Source: Catajapyx aquilonaris
Taxonomy: Eukaryota
Assembly (NCBI GenBank): GCA_000934665.2
Contig: KZ538509.1
Span: 45,157 to 65,156, forward strand
Length of the DNA stretch: 20,000 bases
Direction: 5' to 3'
The translations under genes were made by a program, and so were the position numbers. Shown here in pieces: positions 1 to 11,041 of the stretch (its first letter is position 1; each line of letters starts with the position of its first letter). The notes beneath the pieces are model-generated. The model worked only from the letters and a program-made list of their open reading frames with translations. It was not told where the DNA came from and searched no databases.

Positions 1-750
1 GCGCCAGGGCGCCATTATTACCTCATTAATCTTTATCTCGGCGAACGTTGCGTAATTAAATTGCATCATACCAACAGAAAATTAGACGGGTTCACATTGC
101 CGCTCTTCTGACACTCGTTACGGTCGATACGGAGCAAAATTTGAATGGTCCAATCACGTTCTCGTTGGTGGTGACGGTCACTGCGGTGCGTCCAGTATGG
201 GAGAACGGAACTTTTTAGGTCCTAGCCTAGCGCAGTGTGAAAGTGTAACAAATACAAGGTGTCAGCAGATTCCCTTTAATGGCACACGGGATATAATTAA
301 AGTACGTTCGCACCGTAATGACTATGAGGAAAACACCAGTCAGAACAAGTCTTAAAAAAGAATCACTGACTTCAAATATGTGGTCAATTTTGGCAGTTGA
401 TGAGACAAGCAAATCGTGGCGGGATACAGTAGTATTGCTTCGCCCACGACACCTACCGCGGCTGCCGGGAACTTACCAGATTAAGGGCCAGTATATGATG
501 GGTCATCCTCCTAGTGACCTAGTGGGAGGGAGATATTATGTTGGATTTTTTTTCTGCTGGCATTAAGTTGTTGATTGCCATTGTTTTTTGTGGCCGTTTC
601 GCCTCTTCACCACTATAGGCTCTGACTTTAAATAAGACCTCCTCGATAGCATTATTTTATTATTATATTACGCTCGTTATCAAAACTGGCGGTATACTTG
701 GAATCAGTGATTTTTCGATTTTCAGAACCCAATTTGGCCGATGACCAAAC

Positions 751-903
751 CAAGGGGGTAATCACTCGACTGAAAAGTGTACACTGGAGTACCAAATTCA
801 AGGAGTACCTAGGAGTAATAAAGAGTGAAGTACCTGAGGAGTACCAGGGAGTAGCCTACCACTCGCAAGTGTACACCGGAGTACCGAAGTGATTACCCCC
901 TTG
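751..903. mobile_element. Non-autonomous DNA transposon (MITE), hAT-like (8-bp TSD)
   Basis: Perfect 16-bp TIRs CAAGGGGGTAATCACT (751-766) / AGTGATTACCCCCTTG (888-903). Perfect 8-bp TSD GACCAAAC (743-750 and 904-911). Interior made of GGAGTACC-type subrepeats. CA...TG ends with an 8-bp TSD fit hAT, and P-like is also possible. Confidence 0.9.
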
Positions 904-1308
904 GACCAAACCCTTACTTAACCTGTATCGGACATCATTTGAATATAATGATGTTACCAATCAAGGAGACCCTTTTTCATTGATTTCCTCTTTTTCGCTA
1001 TCGATCAGAGACGCCGCTCATTGTAACTGCAAGCTGTGTTTCTCAAGACGACAAATTCAGTTACTTAGTTTCTTATACTGTCATAGACACATTATGCAAA
1101 TTGAATCAAGTAAAGCATGTCATCACCAATTTGATAAGGTAGCCTACTTAATGAGAAGACAATTTTGGGGAAATGTATTTCTTTCCTGCATCAGCATCTT
1201 GTTTGAACCCTCCTTTAGGGTTATTGGCACCAACCATAGAGCCACACTTTATTTCAGTTTAATTCGACATGTGCCATTCTGTAAATTTATCGTTTCTTTG
1301 CCCATATA

Positions 1309-1392
1309 CAGCAAGCCCCCGACTTACGTAAGTGGATCGTTCCGCAACAATGGCAACATTATACGTAAATCGAATTTTACGTAACTCGGACA
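1309..1392 (+). mobile_element. Left end fragment of a pogo/Tigger-like DNA transposon
   Basis: TA|CAGCAAGCCCCCGACTTACG followed by subterminal repeats ACGTAAGTGG, ACGTAAATCG and ACGTAACTCG, as is typical of pogo/Tigger termini. No matching right TIR was found. Confidence 0.55.
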
Positions 1393-1732
1393 TGTTTTTA
1401 TTATACAGTAAACTGTCGGAATAATTCTGAAGGTTATTTAGGTGCAGCTTGCGGTAAGAAGTTATCATTTTTGTATGTATCTATAGCAGAGGGCATCAAA
1501 CGATCCCACCTGTTGGGAGCACCAAGCGCGGAAATATTGCATTGATGTGCCTAATATATTATCTAAAGTGGGATTTTCAAGCTGACAAAGTGTCATTCAT
1601 AATAAAGTGTGAATAATGCAAGCATAATGTATAAAATATTGATTTGAAAGCCTGCAAAATTTAAAATTCTAATGCCTTTCGCTTACTCCGCTATTAATAG
1701 GCCTAGTTTAGTACCTCGTCTTATATTCTCTA

Positions 1733-1911
1733 CACTGTAAACCGCGTAAAACATTAAAAGAGCATCTCATGGAACATCAATTTTTAATGCTCTTGTGATG
1801 CTTTTTAGCAACAAAAAAGCATCACAGGAGCATCACAGGAGAGCATTAAAAATTGATGTTCCATGAGAGACTCACCAGTGATGCTCTTTTAATGTTTTGC
1901 GGTTTACAGTG
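1733..1911. mobile_element. Palindromic (foldback) MITE with CACTG termini, probable CMC/EnSpm-type
   Basis: TA|CACTGTAAACCGC...GCGGTTTACAGTG|TA. The arms are complementary over about 70 bp (AAAACATTAAAAGAGCATC, CTCATGGAACATCAATTTTTAATGCTCT, TGTGATGCTTTTT), with small insertions in the right arm. TA flanks both sides. Confidence 0.85.
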
Positions 1912-3498
1912 TAGTGAGACATTCTTGATCACATGAGACCTGTCATGTTTGGAATGTCGGTACAGTACGTCTTACAAAGGCTACTCTGTCAATCCGTGGA
2001 GATGGAGAGCGTCCATAAAAATCTGACAGGCGGGGGCCCGTAGTTGCTAATGTATACAGTACCTGTCGATATTTTAGACTCCATACTGTATACAGTATAG
2101 CACCGAACGTCAGCGAAGGGATTACCATACCAGAGAAATACTGTAGACTGGAACATAAAGTGTACAATTTCCTTGAGATTTGTGGACTGTTATTTTCACC
2201 AAGATAACAGTTGCCTTTTTTTAAAGAAGTGATTGGGAGATGGGAAAGGGTGCATCCTATCTTTTGGTGTAATAATATTATCACCAAGAGCTAAATCACT
2301 CACCTAATTACCATTCAATTACATTTCTGGTTTACTGCGACTTACCACATAATGAGTGGCTTATGAAATTAGTCGAAATGCCAAACACCATGAATGATAA
2401 TCTTCTTCTTGTCATGATCATTTTTCCTGTAATCTAACTTGGGAGATCCTGGGGGAAGAGAGTAAAGTATTACTCTATAGCCAAAGATCCATATCAATGG
2501 TGCAAAGTGGCCTGTCAACAAAGCCTCATTAGCAAGTTGCAAGTGAAACTCCCAATTCGTGCCAGAGCAAATGCAACACGATAAAATGTAGATTACGAAA
2601 TTCCGTACGCGTGAACGTCGATCATCGACCGACAAGTCGGAAATTAAAATCAAGCTACCCTCTATAATTTTGTGCAGTCATATACATTGGCGTGCAAGTC
2701 AATTACCGACACCTCCACACCGTGCCAGATTAGTTGTTATCAGGCGTTATTTTCCTTTGATACTGTATTTCATAGTTGACTAAGACATTTTACTCCTGAA
2801 GACATGCTTATACTGACGTGTGATTCTTGAAAACGGTGAGTTATACAGATTGCGCCATTTCGGATTTAACCATTTATTTTCGACGAAGAAAGGATCCTCT
2901 CCAGCAAGATCATTTTTTCCTCGGACCCCCACAATTTTTAGTGGAAATTGTACCTAATAATGTAAAATGAAAAAGTGAGACAGTTTTGTCAAATCTATTC
3001 TGCTATTGTGAAAATCTGAATGTTACATTCACAATTTTGTAGATTTTTGACTTAAAATCGCCACGAAAGGTGAGAAGAACCTGAAATCATTCTCACTGTA
3101 AAAAAGGCTATAAATTATATCACACCTGTACTAGCTTAGTTTTCATAGCCTAAAACACAGTCACGAATATACACTGATCATTTGGAGCCATGCTCACATA
3201 GCCTGAGCCCTGGACACATTTATGAAGTGCAGTAACCAAAATTAAAACTCAGCAAATCCTCCTGACATCCTGCAATTACAGTGACATGCTTCGAAGGCAT
3301 TATAACTGTATGTGAGCGTTTGCAACTTTTCACTTTCACACTTTTTTGATCCACAAAGGGTAGGCACAGGGTGCTGACCCAGCGGGGGCGACAAGAGGGC
3401 CCTCTTGCAAATGACTGAAATATCCGTAATGAAATGGGTGTGTTTCAATTACTGTTCACAGCAGCAATGAGCAGAAAGATAAAAGTGTAGCTCTCGTC

Positions 3499-3622
3499 AA
3501 AATGAACTTGTATGCCTACATTTGATAGCAAAAAGATGGGGGTGGAACAGGAGAACCAACGACTTCACTATAAAACTGGTGATAGCCCTGCCCCCGAGGA
3601 TGTCATGATTGTCTGCTACTGT
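3499..3622 (+). pseudogene. Possible decayed C-terminal fragment of an Academ-type transposase
   Basis: Three frameshifted blocks in order: KMNLYAYI* (3499-3525), RWGW (3534-3545) and SPAPEDVMIVCYC (3584-3622). They resemble the recalled R.NYQA.IW...GW...PAP..L..C.C signature that precedes the Cys-rich finger of Academ transposases. Recognised by eye only. Confidence 0.35.
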
Positions 3623-3827
3623 ATATTCACGTTGGAGAAGAGACATTATCGGAATTTCAGTGAACTTGTTGGAGCTGCGTCTCCAACTTTTTGCTCTATA
3701 TAGACGGTACATACGCGGGGCCCAATAATTTTTCACCTCATCCCCTGAAATGGTACCCAGAGTCATAGGAGCCTTTTGTGATATTTTCAATATATTACAA
3801 TATTACATAATCTGATTTTTTTTTTTC

Positions 3828-4110
3828 GGGGCGGCATGGTGGTCTAGCGGTTACGCCGCTGGCCAGCCAAGCGGGAGGCCGTGGTTCAAATCCCGTCCCC
3901 GTCACCTCTGCTTGGCCGGGTCTTTTTCCGCTTTTCACCCGACATGCCGGAGCAGAATTGCACTCCCTTCTCTGCTCGGGGCCAGGAGAAAAGGCCTGGT
4001 GTTAAAGAATGTCAGAAATGGCTATCGCACGGCGCCCTCCCTTGGGAACTTCCCCTTCCCCCCTAAGAGGGCCACGAGCTCTATCACGGGGTAACAAAAA
4101 ACAAAACAAA
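3828..4110 (+). mobile_element. Full-length tRNA-derived SINE (tRNA-Gly(GCC)-like head)
   Basis: A box TGGTCTAGCGG (3840-3850) and B box GGTTCAAATCC (3883-3893). The head GCATGGTGG...GCCAGCCAAGCGGGAGGCC resembles eukaryotic tRNA-Gly(GCC). It has a (CAAAA)n tail and a TSD ACATAATcTGA(T)11C (3805-3827) / ACATAATaTGA(T)8C (4111-4130). Confidence 0.92.
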
Positions 4111-7100
4111 ACATAATATGATTTTTTTTCTCAAAAGCACATAATTCACATTTTACTGTCAAATCTTCCCTATATACTATTCACTGCCACACGCTGATTC
4201 ACTATTGCTTTCCCTGTCCCACACAGGAATTCTGTGTTTTTTTTTACTTGACCTTATCGTCACTCACGGTTTTTCCAGATTTGCACTCGTGTTTCCTGAT
4301 CACGAAGATATGTGAGGATAACAACAGTATTTGTGTCGATATAAATCCTGATAATTTCTACGATGGTATATTTACTAGCGAGTTATATAGTAGGATATAT
4401 ATGTTGATGAGGCCTAATTTAGGGTCACAACCGACGTTTTCAGGGACCCATATTTTTGACGGTTTACAAACACCCACTTTGTCATTTTTACGACCACCCG
4501 GTGTCAGTAGGAATTAAGCAAATCCTGCTATTGGCCATCGCAACCACGGCAGAAAACCAAACAAAATACGTCAGATTTGATGGAACCGGTGACAATATCT
4601 GCCAACCCAGATATGGTCACACAGGGGAAACATGCCTCCAGTCAATGCAATGAGTCCCATGAAAGGCTCTTAGCAATCTGGACCTCACTGTCACCAACTT
4701 AGTAACATTTAAATGAACCGTCCGACCCTAACCCAATTACTCTATAAAATCACTATCTTACTGTATCTTATTCTTAATTAACCTAATAAATGGACAGTTT
4801 TATGTGGGAAGTATGTTGGTGCTCCTAACCTTCAGGATGACATCTATTTAACGTACCTTTGGATCCTGATGATATTGGGTGCCCCTTCTCTCACACAATT
4901 ATTTTGTTATACTCTCGCGGCTTTGTTATACTCGTTGACTTGTTGTGGTCGCTACTTTCAATGACAAAAGGCTTTATGCATAACTAGTTTAATATTAACC
5001 CTAGATATAGTGTTATACTCCTGTTATACTGACCTACGTGCAGCACCAGAACATAATTGGATTGACCTTGTTGTTCTATTACACGCCCCGTATCATTAAG
5101 GCACGCATGTCTATAGAGTATCAGGCTCTTTGTGTCCTCACTGACAATGCAGCGTTAATGATTTGCGTTGTCGTGTCCAAAAAAATAAGCTCTCTTCACC
5201 CATTCTGTATGATCTGTGTGGAGTAGCCTAAGTGAATAACTTGGTGCTCGCAACTGAGTTAGCCAGTACACAGATGTCATTCATGAGGTCTGAATAAATT
5301 ACCTCAGAAAGTAAAGTTGTAAGTTACAACGAAAAACATTGCTTACGTTGTGTAATGCAGTCAAGTCCTTATGACTATATTATGGAACATGGAGGCATTC
5401 AGCACAAAAAATTCAAATTACACGATAAAAAGATAAAATTGTATTACTGTTATATAACATTATAAAAGTTATGAATCATAACTGTTTTTTGTGATTTGAT
5501 AATCTTGAGAGTAATCCAACTGTAGAAGTGGTGCTTTTTTCGATGATCCACAACTGATTGCAACTTTGTGTGCATATCATACTGTATTGTCACTATACAA
5601 GTACTTTGTGCTGAAAAATAAACAGCTGAATTGATTTTTTTAAACAGTATGTGCTCTCCTTTAGGTAAAAAATCTCTCTGCTATTAGTACCAACTTTAAA
5701 GTGTGAAATTTGAACATTCTGCATAATGTTATGTCGTTTGAATGATAAAGATTATGATACTTGGACTGGCACCGAATCCCAATGACGTCAGGGAAGCATC
5801 CATCTTCACTTAGGGCCACCAAAACCATTAAGCTCGATCACCACCTGGCAACGCGACGACTATCGATCCCCACTAACCTAGCAGGTACGCAGTCAGGAAA
5901 CAATAATTAATGTGACTATTAATCATGCCCGCAATTTTTTACTTTTCATACATAGGGGTTCACTTTATCAGATTGCGCCTTGAATCCCCGCCTAAAGGCA
6001 ATTTGGCCAAAAAGCACTAATTCGACACAGGACTCCCCTTCCTTACACTTGGGAAAAAGATTTTAGAACTAAGTGGCATTTGCTCCAGTTTCTCTGGTTT
6101 ATTCATGGATTAAATTCGCCAGCTAATTTGGACATATCAAGGGAAAACAGTCAATCCATGCATATTTTAAAAGCGATGTCGCTGGAGTTTATGCAAAAAT
6201 CCCAGATAATAACAGGAAAATAGGAATAATAACTTAATAATAATTTAGGCGAGTACGTAGAAAACCTCTCTTACTTCGGCCCTCCTCTTACAGGTCTTAC
6301 AGATACGTAACTTACAATTTGTACTCAGTACGGCTGTACAATATACCGTACAGTATATCAGAGTAATCATTGCTCTTGTGGAATCTAGTATAGATATCCA
6401 TAAGGTAAAGCTGTTTCCTGTTATCCTTTTGAATACTTCGAAAAACTTAATTCGTATTTTGACGTAATCTGTGCGCCAAATCCGCTACGAGAAATCGAGC
6501 ATAATCAGTCAGTGTTATTTTCCTCGGCAGCCTGCATGAGTTATGTCAAAAGAGGAAGAATATTCGTCCAAACGTGGTATTTAAAAATGGAAACTTTGAA
6601 GTTACACTCCAGCAAACAGGGACAAAATGGCTTCTTAATTAAGAGCATTGAAGCGTACATTGCAGACGATATTTCAGAGTAGTTCTAAATGATTCGCTAA
6701 AATTCATTGGAAACATTTTCTAAGGTAGAGTCACTCTAGTAATATCAATAGAGGTGCCCTATAATTCTTGACTGATCACTTTTTAAATAGTGTGTGATAC
6801 CATTCATTAATTTAGTAACAAATTGCTGCCATTTATGCATTCCTTTTCAAACCTGAAAATGTGAATTTTTATTTTCTTACAACGTAATTATTTACTGGCT
6901 CTAACGGGAGGAAATATCTGTTTAACTATGCGTTGTGGGCATATGTTTCAAAAGATTTTTTCAATAAGACAGCACAATATTTGATATACTAACTTAGTTT
7001 TGGCCATAAAAGTTTTGATAAGATAACGTAGTGCGGTTGGCATGTAGATCAAACCTTAATGAATTCAATTGACGTATAACAGAATCAATTTGAAAGTTTA

Positions 7101-7149
7101 GATTGAAGTATACACGAGCCCAAAATGAAAAGTTCATAGTCAAGTTGTA

Positions 7150-7229
7150 CCTTTCTGGAGGCCATCTTCCGCACGTGGCGAAGCAAAAGGGGCCAGAAGG
7201 CGATAAAATGCAAAAAAAAAAAAAAAAAA
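7150..7229 (+). mobile_element. Probable 3' end of a 5'-truncated retroposon (stem-loop plus poly-A)
   Basis: GC-rich stem CTTTCTGG/CCAGAAGG enclosing an inner hairpin CTTCCGC-ACGTG-GCGAAG, followed by ATAAAATGC(A)18 in AT-rich surroundings. No TSD was identified. Confidence 0.4.
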
Positions 7230-9114
7230 GGCTATACGAGGGCTGCGTCGGTTTCCGCAATGCCAACACCACTGGTTTGCGGCCCGGTCATTTATCAAGT
7301 AGGGATTTAGACCGCCTGGCTGAATGGGCCTTTGCATCCACCTTTCTCAGAGTAGGCCATTCTGATCCTGATCGCACTTTGCTTTCTACATGCATGTTGT
7401 CTACAATCTACATACTGTACGTTGTTTAGCCCTTGCAATACACAGGAAAATAAAGCTTGATCAATACGTACATGCCCGTACACCCGTTAAGCAAAAAATA
7501 AAGGTCCGTTAAATTTGTAGTGTGCAATTTTACTGCCAGGTTTATGGGTCCAAAGGATGGTTATAATGAGAGCTGGACCTAGCCATCAAGTCAGATAATT
7601 TGCAAAGTTTTTCAATGTGCCTGCGGAAGGAGTGTCTCCTCAGGAAATAGCCTGGCAATAGGCTTTATAGAGTGGAGTTCGTGTGCCCACTTTATCAGAT
7701 GCTGTTTATCTCCTCGATAATGGGCAGATCGTCACGTAAATAAAGTTTATAGCGTGGGTCCAAACTTTTGTACTCTCATGCCTGAGTGTACAGCAGAAAG
7801 GCTTAAGGGAACCTAGGGATCTTTTGGTTATGCCTGTCAAAACCCGATTGAATGCAAATGCCTGGGTTCCTTGGCTCCCGGGCGTCGCCGTCAAGGCCTC
7901 AATAGCTTCTTCTTTGAGGCCCAAAAGTTCCCCATATTCAACGGCATCTTGCGTGCATAAGAGGGTGCTGACATAAGCAAATGTTAATCCTGGACGTCAG
8001 TGTATTCTGAGACGCTGTAAATCACGCCTAGATTTCTTCTTCACTTGCTACAACCTTCTGCTTTAAAATGCATGAAATATCGCGAACGTCGCGAGTTTCA
8101 CAGGCGCCTCATTAAGAGTAATGTGCGTCGCTTGCGAGAAAATATATAGGATGTGTAGTTAGAGTTGTTGCACATGGCTTGATTTTCTCTACAGTCCACC
8201 AAAGCACTTTGAAGAATTAGGTCTCTAGTTTCCGGATTTATGGAGATGAAAAGCCACTCTGCGTGCTATTTCAACTTCCCACTAGGCTTAGGCACTCGAG
8301 ATCATTGAAGACTTCTCTTCCAATGTTATTTAAGTGTCATTGATGCCAAAACAGTGTGACGTAACGAGAGGCTTTAGTTCCCGGTGGGAAATTTGTCAAC
8401 TGATCACTCTGCTCGATTGTTACAGTTTCCCAAAGCTGAGGAAAATAATGAGAGTTCGTATTACATATGCAATGACGAGCAGGTGTAAGCTTAGAGGGAA
8501 GCCAGGCAGAACTTCGCAAGTTCTTGAAAGTCGGGTTTCCTTACACATCAGATGACTCGTCAACATCCTAGCCTTGCACTTCGCTGACAACTTTATATGG
8601 CAGATGAAAGTCGCCCAATGTCAAGGTGGAGGACAGGAGGGGGAGGAAAAATTTCATACCAAAGTCTTGGAGTCCCCGTTGCCGCATCCGTTTCTGTCTG
8701 ACTGAAACATTACAGTCGCGCACCACCAGCAGATGTGCTTGACAGGAAGGGCTTTCTTTTATTTTTTATGCTCTATCTTGCCCAGTTTTCTGTAGTTACC
8801 TGCGGCAGTCCTTTTTTCTGGGTATCAGTGCAAGGTGTTAATAGAGAAATCTTCAATAATTTACAAAGTAGGACATAATTATTCTGTAGAGTATGATTTT
8901 TAAAAATCATTTTAGATAATTATCTGCTTCATTTAAGCATTTAAACACTCTTCCGAATTATTGTTTGCCTATCTATCTGCAGAATACTATTCGTACTGAG
9001 ATTTTTGACTAATACTGTAGTAGGCCTATCTAGAAATATGCAAGGAATGCTATTCCCGGCCCATTTTTGTTCAGGAAGCTTGACATGCATAGGTAGAAAA
9101 TATAATGTAGTATA

Positions 9115-9451
9115 GAGGGTGTCTCGTCTTTTTTGTCCGAACAGTTATCGGAAAATTGCGCGTAGCTGCTACTTTTTAAGCAGTGACTTGCAAACGGTGA
9201 TTTTTCGGAGGAAAGGGGAATATTCCCTGCGAATCGTAGGTTGAAGTGGCATACGTGCTGCCCGCTGATAATTGAGGGTCAAGCCTGGAAATAAGAGGGT
9301 CACACATCACACATTCCAAGGGATGTGTGACCCTATTTTTCCTTATTCCCCATTCCTCCGACAAATCACCGGTTGCAAGTCACTGCTTATAAAGTAGCAG
9401 CTACGTGCAATTTTCCGATAACTGTTCGGACAAAAAATATGTGACACCCTG
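9115..9451. mobile_element. Tc1/mariner-type MITE with ~110-bp TIRs
   Basis: TA|GAGGGTGTC...GACACCCTG|TA. Long, nearly perfect inverted arms (TTTTTTGTCCGAACAGTTATCGGAAAATTGC, CGTAGCTGCTACTTT, AAGCAGTGACTTGCAA...) at about 9115-9222 and 9344-9451. TA TSD. Additional internal hairpin at 9296-9334. Confidence 0.92.
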
Positions 9452-10741
9452 TATATTGGACTATCTAAATGGTTAATTAATTAAATTTTCCCTCTCATGG
9501 CCAATACCGGCAGGCCCTTGGAGTTACATATTATTTGGTATCTTGTATGCAGTATAGGGTCTACACTTAAACCAATATTAACATAGTAACGCATACAACT
9601 TCTACTAGCATTTGACCCATTTTTGCCATGGGATGGAAAGGGGAACAGAAATCGTAGTAAAATGAAAAATTCCACATGTTAATAAATTATCCTATCATAC
9701 ACATTGTTCCGTCACCTGTATAATTTGCCTAATTTATTGCACCTATCTCTGCCTCAATATGTCCCAGTTACTCTGGAGTTTGGACAATGCACACTGAGGT
9801 TTAAGACTATAGAACTAATATCGTGGACTAGAAACATTCTTACACTAACATAAGACACCCCCTCACTACCTGGTCTAACCATGTCCTCCTAGAACTATTC
9901 TTACACCAACAATAATTGCACCAGCGTAACATCTCCTCCTTCATCCTATCCACATGGCCAAACCGCATGGAAAACCGCATTTTTTTGCCGAAAAAGAAGG
10001 TGAGACGGCACAGTTACTAGTATTGCCCGCCTTTTATTGTGCGCAGAGGGCAGAACTAGCAACATATTTTACCACCCCTCCCATCAGAGACGAGCCCCGT
10101 GACTAATAAAGCATATATCTGAGTTATGACTGACTTCTCCTGTTGCCCCACTTATTCTACCTGCTTCATCTCCTCCGCCAGACTAGGCACGGAAACACCG
10201 AAGTAATTAGGAAGATAGCGATTAGTCAACGTTAATTACTGCACGTAAAATCTCTTCGGAGGGCCGAATCACAACAAGATTTTTCACGCCCAGCGATTTA
10301 TAAAACCGAGGAGGCACTCCCGAAACCAGAATGAAGGTCAGAGTGTGCGCATGCTTGTAAGTTTAGGCAACCAGCTGCGAACCTGTAGGCATAATGAAAT
10401 TCGGTGCTAATGTTTTATTTAATTTACTATGCTGCTCATGTGCGCTAATTATGAAAGTAACAATTGCATTTCCTGTCCCCTTCCGATCACAGGAGAGTAC
10501 CCCGGAAGTTTGTGAAATATTTTCGCATCCAGTTCAGTCAGCAAAGCTTAAATACCGTAGAAATATCGTATTTCAGGATCACGCTAAATGGCAAGCATGA
10601 GGTAGACGTCGCCCCCAGTTCTGTCCTGCAGTGGACCTCCTACCCTTGTTTAAAAAGCAAACTCCTTAGGTCTTTGTTGTGATTGTCCCTGTCATCAAAA
10701 GGGACTGAATTTCGGCCATGCTGACGTGTGATGTGTGGCAT

Positions 10742-11026
10742 GTGTACTGAAACAAACCACGATCCATCGACATCTTGAAATAAAACATCATACAAGAAAT
10801 TCAGGCAGTGCCTCAGGACATCATGCTGGCCAGAACCTTCCAAAATATGGAGCGTCTCATTCAGACCCGCCTGGACGGAAATGGTGGTCATTTCCAGAAC
10901 ATGTTGTGATGTCATTTCCTTTCTCGCATAATAAGGGTTAGTTCAGTTCAAATTTCGTTGCGATATCTTCATTAGTGTTAAAGTTATTAAAGAAATGCCG
11001 GGTAAAGTAAGCAGAGGGACACCCTG
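10742..11026 (+). mobile_element. 3' remnant of a Tc1/mariner (DD37D/maT-like) transposon with decayed transposase C-terminus and right TIR
   Basis: Frame 10742-10909 reads VY*NKPRSIDILK*NIIQEIQAVPQDIMLARTFQNMERLIQTRLDGNGGHFQNML*. This matches the VY..KP.....LK..I..EI..IP...L.R...N...R...C....GGHF C-terminus of these transposases and carries two in-frame stops. The element ends GGGACACCCTG|TA (11026). Confidence 0.85.
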
Positions 11027-11041
11027 TATTTTAACTACAAT

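Noticed and set aside
775..890. CRISPR-like repeat array (GGAGTACC repeats)
   Set aside because: The repeats are about 8 bp with irregular short gaps, lie inside a TIR element, and the context is eukaryotic with no cas genes.
980..1384. Longest supplied ORF (134 aa) and the other 60-120 aa ORFs
   Set aside because: No recognisable domains, many begin at non-ATG codons, several overlap SINEs or MITEs, and their lengths are what chance gives in non-coding DNA.
3392..3407. Perfect 16-bp palindrome CAAGAGGGCCCTCTTG
   Set aside because: Isolated, with no supporting context. One such palindrome in 20 kb is not very improbable.
3834..3905. Functional tRNA-Gly gene
   Set aside because: The acceptor and anticodon stems do not pair properly, and the sequence continues into a SINE body with tail and TSD.
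5097..5106. miR-124-like TAAGGCACGC
   Set aside because: Only 10 nt match, then the sequence diverges and there is no hairpin.
5540..5665. Kolobok-like right end (..CTCTCCTTTA)
   Set aside because: No TTAA TSD and no left TIR identified.
7235..7246. TACGAGGGCTG as a mariner left TIR
   Set aside because: No matching right TIR or transposase sequence was found.
9735..9756. miR-92-like sequence TATTGCACCTATCTCTGCCTCA
   Set aside because: Seed match only, with no complementary arm nearby to form a precursor hairpin.
9115..11026. Single ~1.9-kb mariner element bounded by 9115 and 11026
   Set aside because: The 9115 end already pairs over ~110 bp with 9451, and similarity to the 11026 end is limited to about 9 terminal bases.
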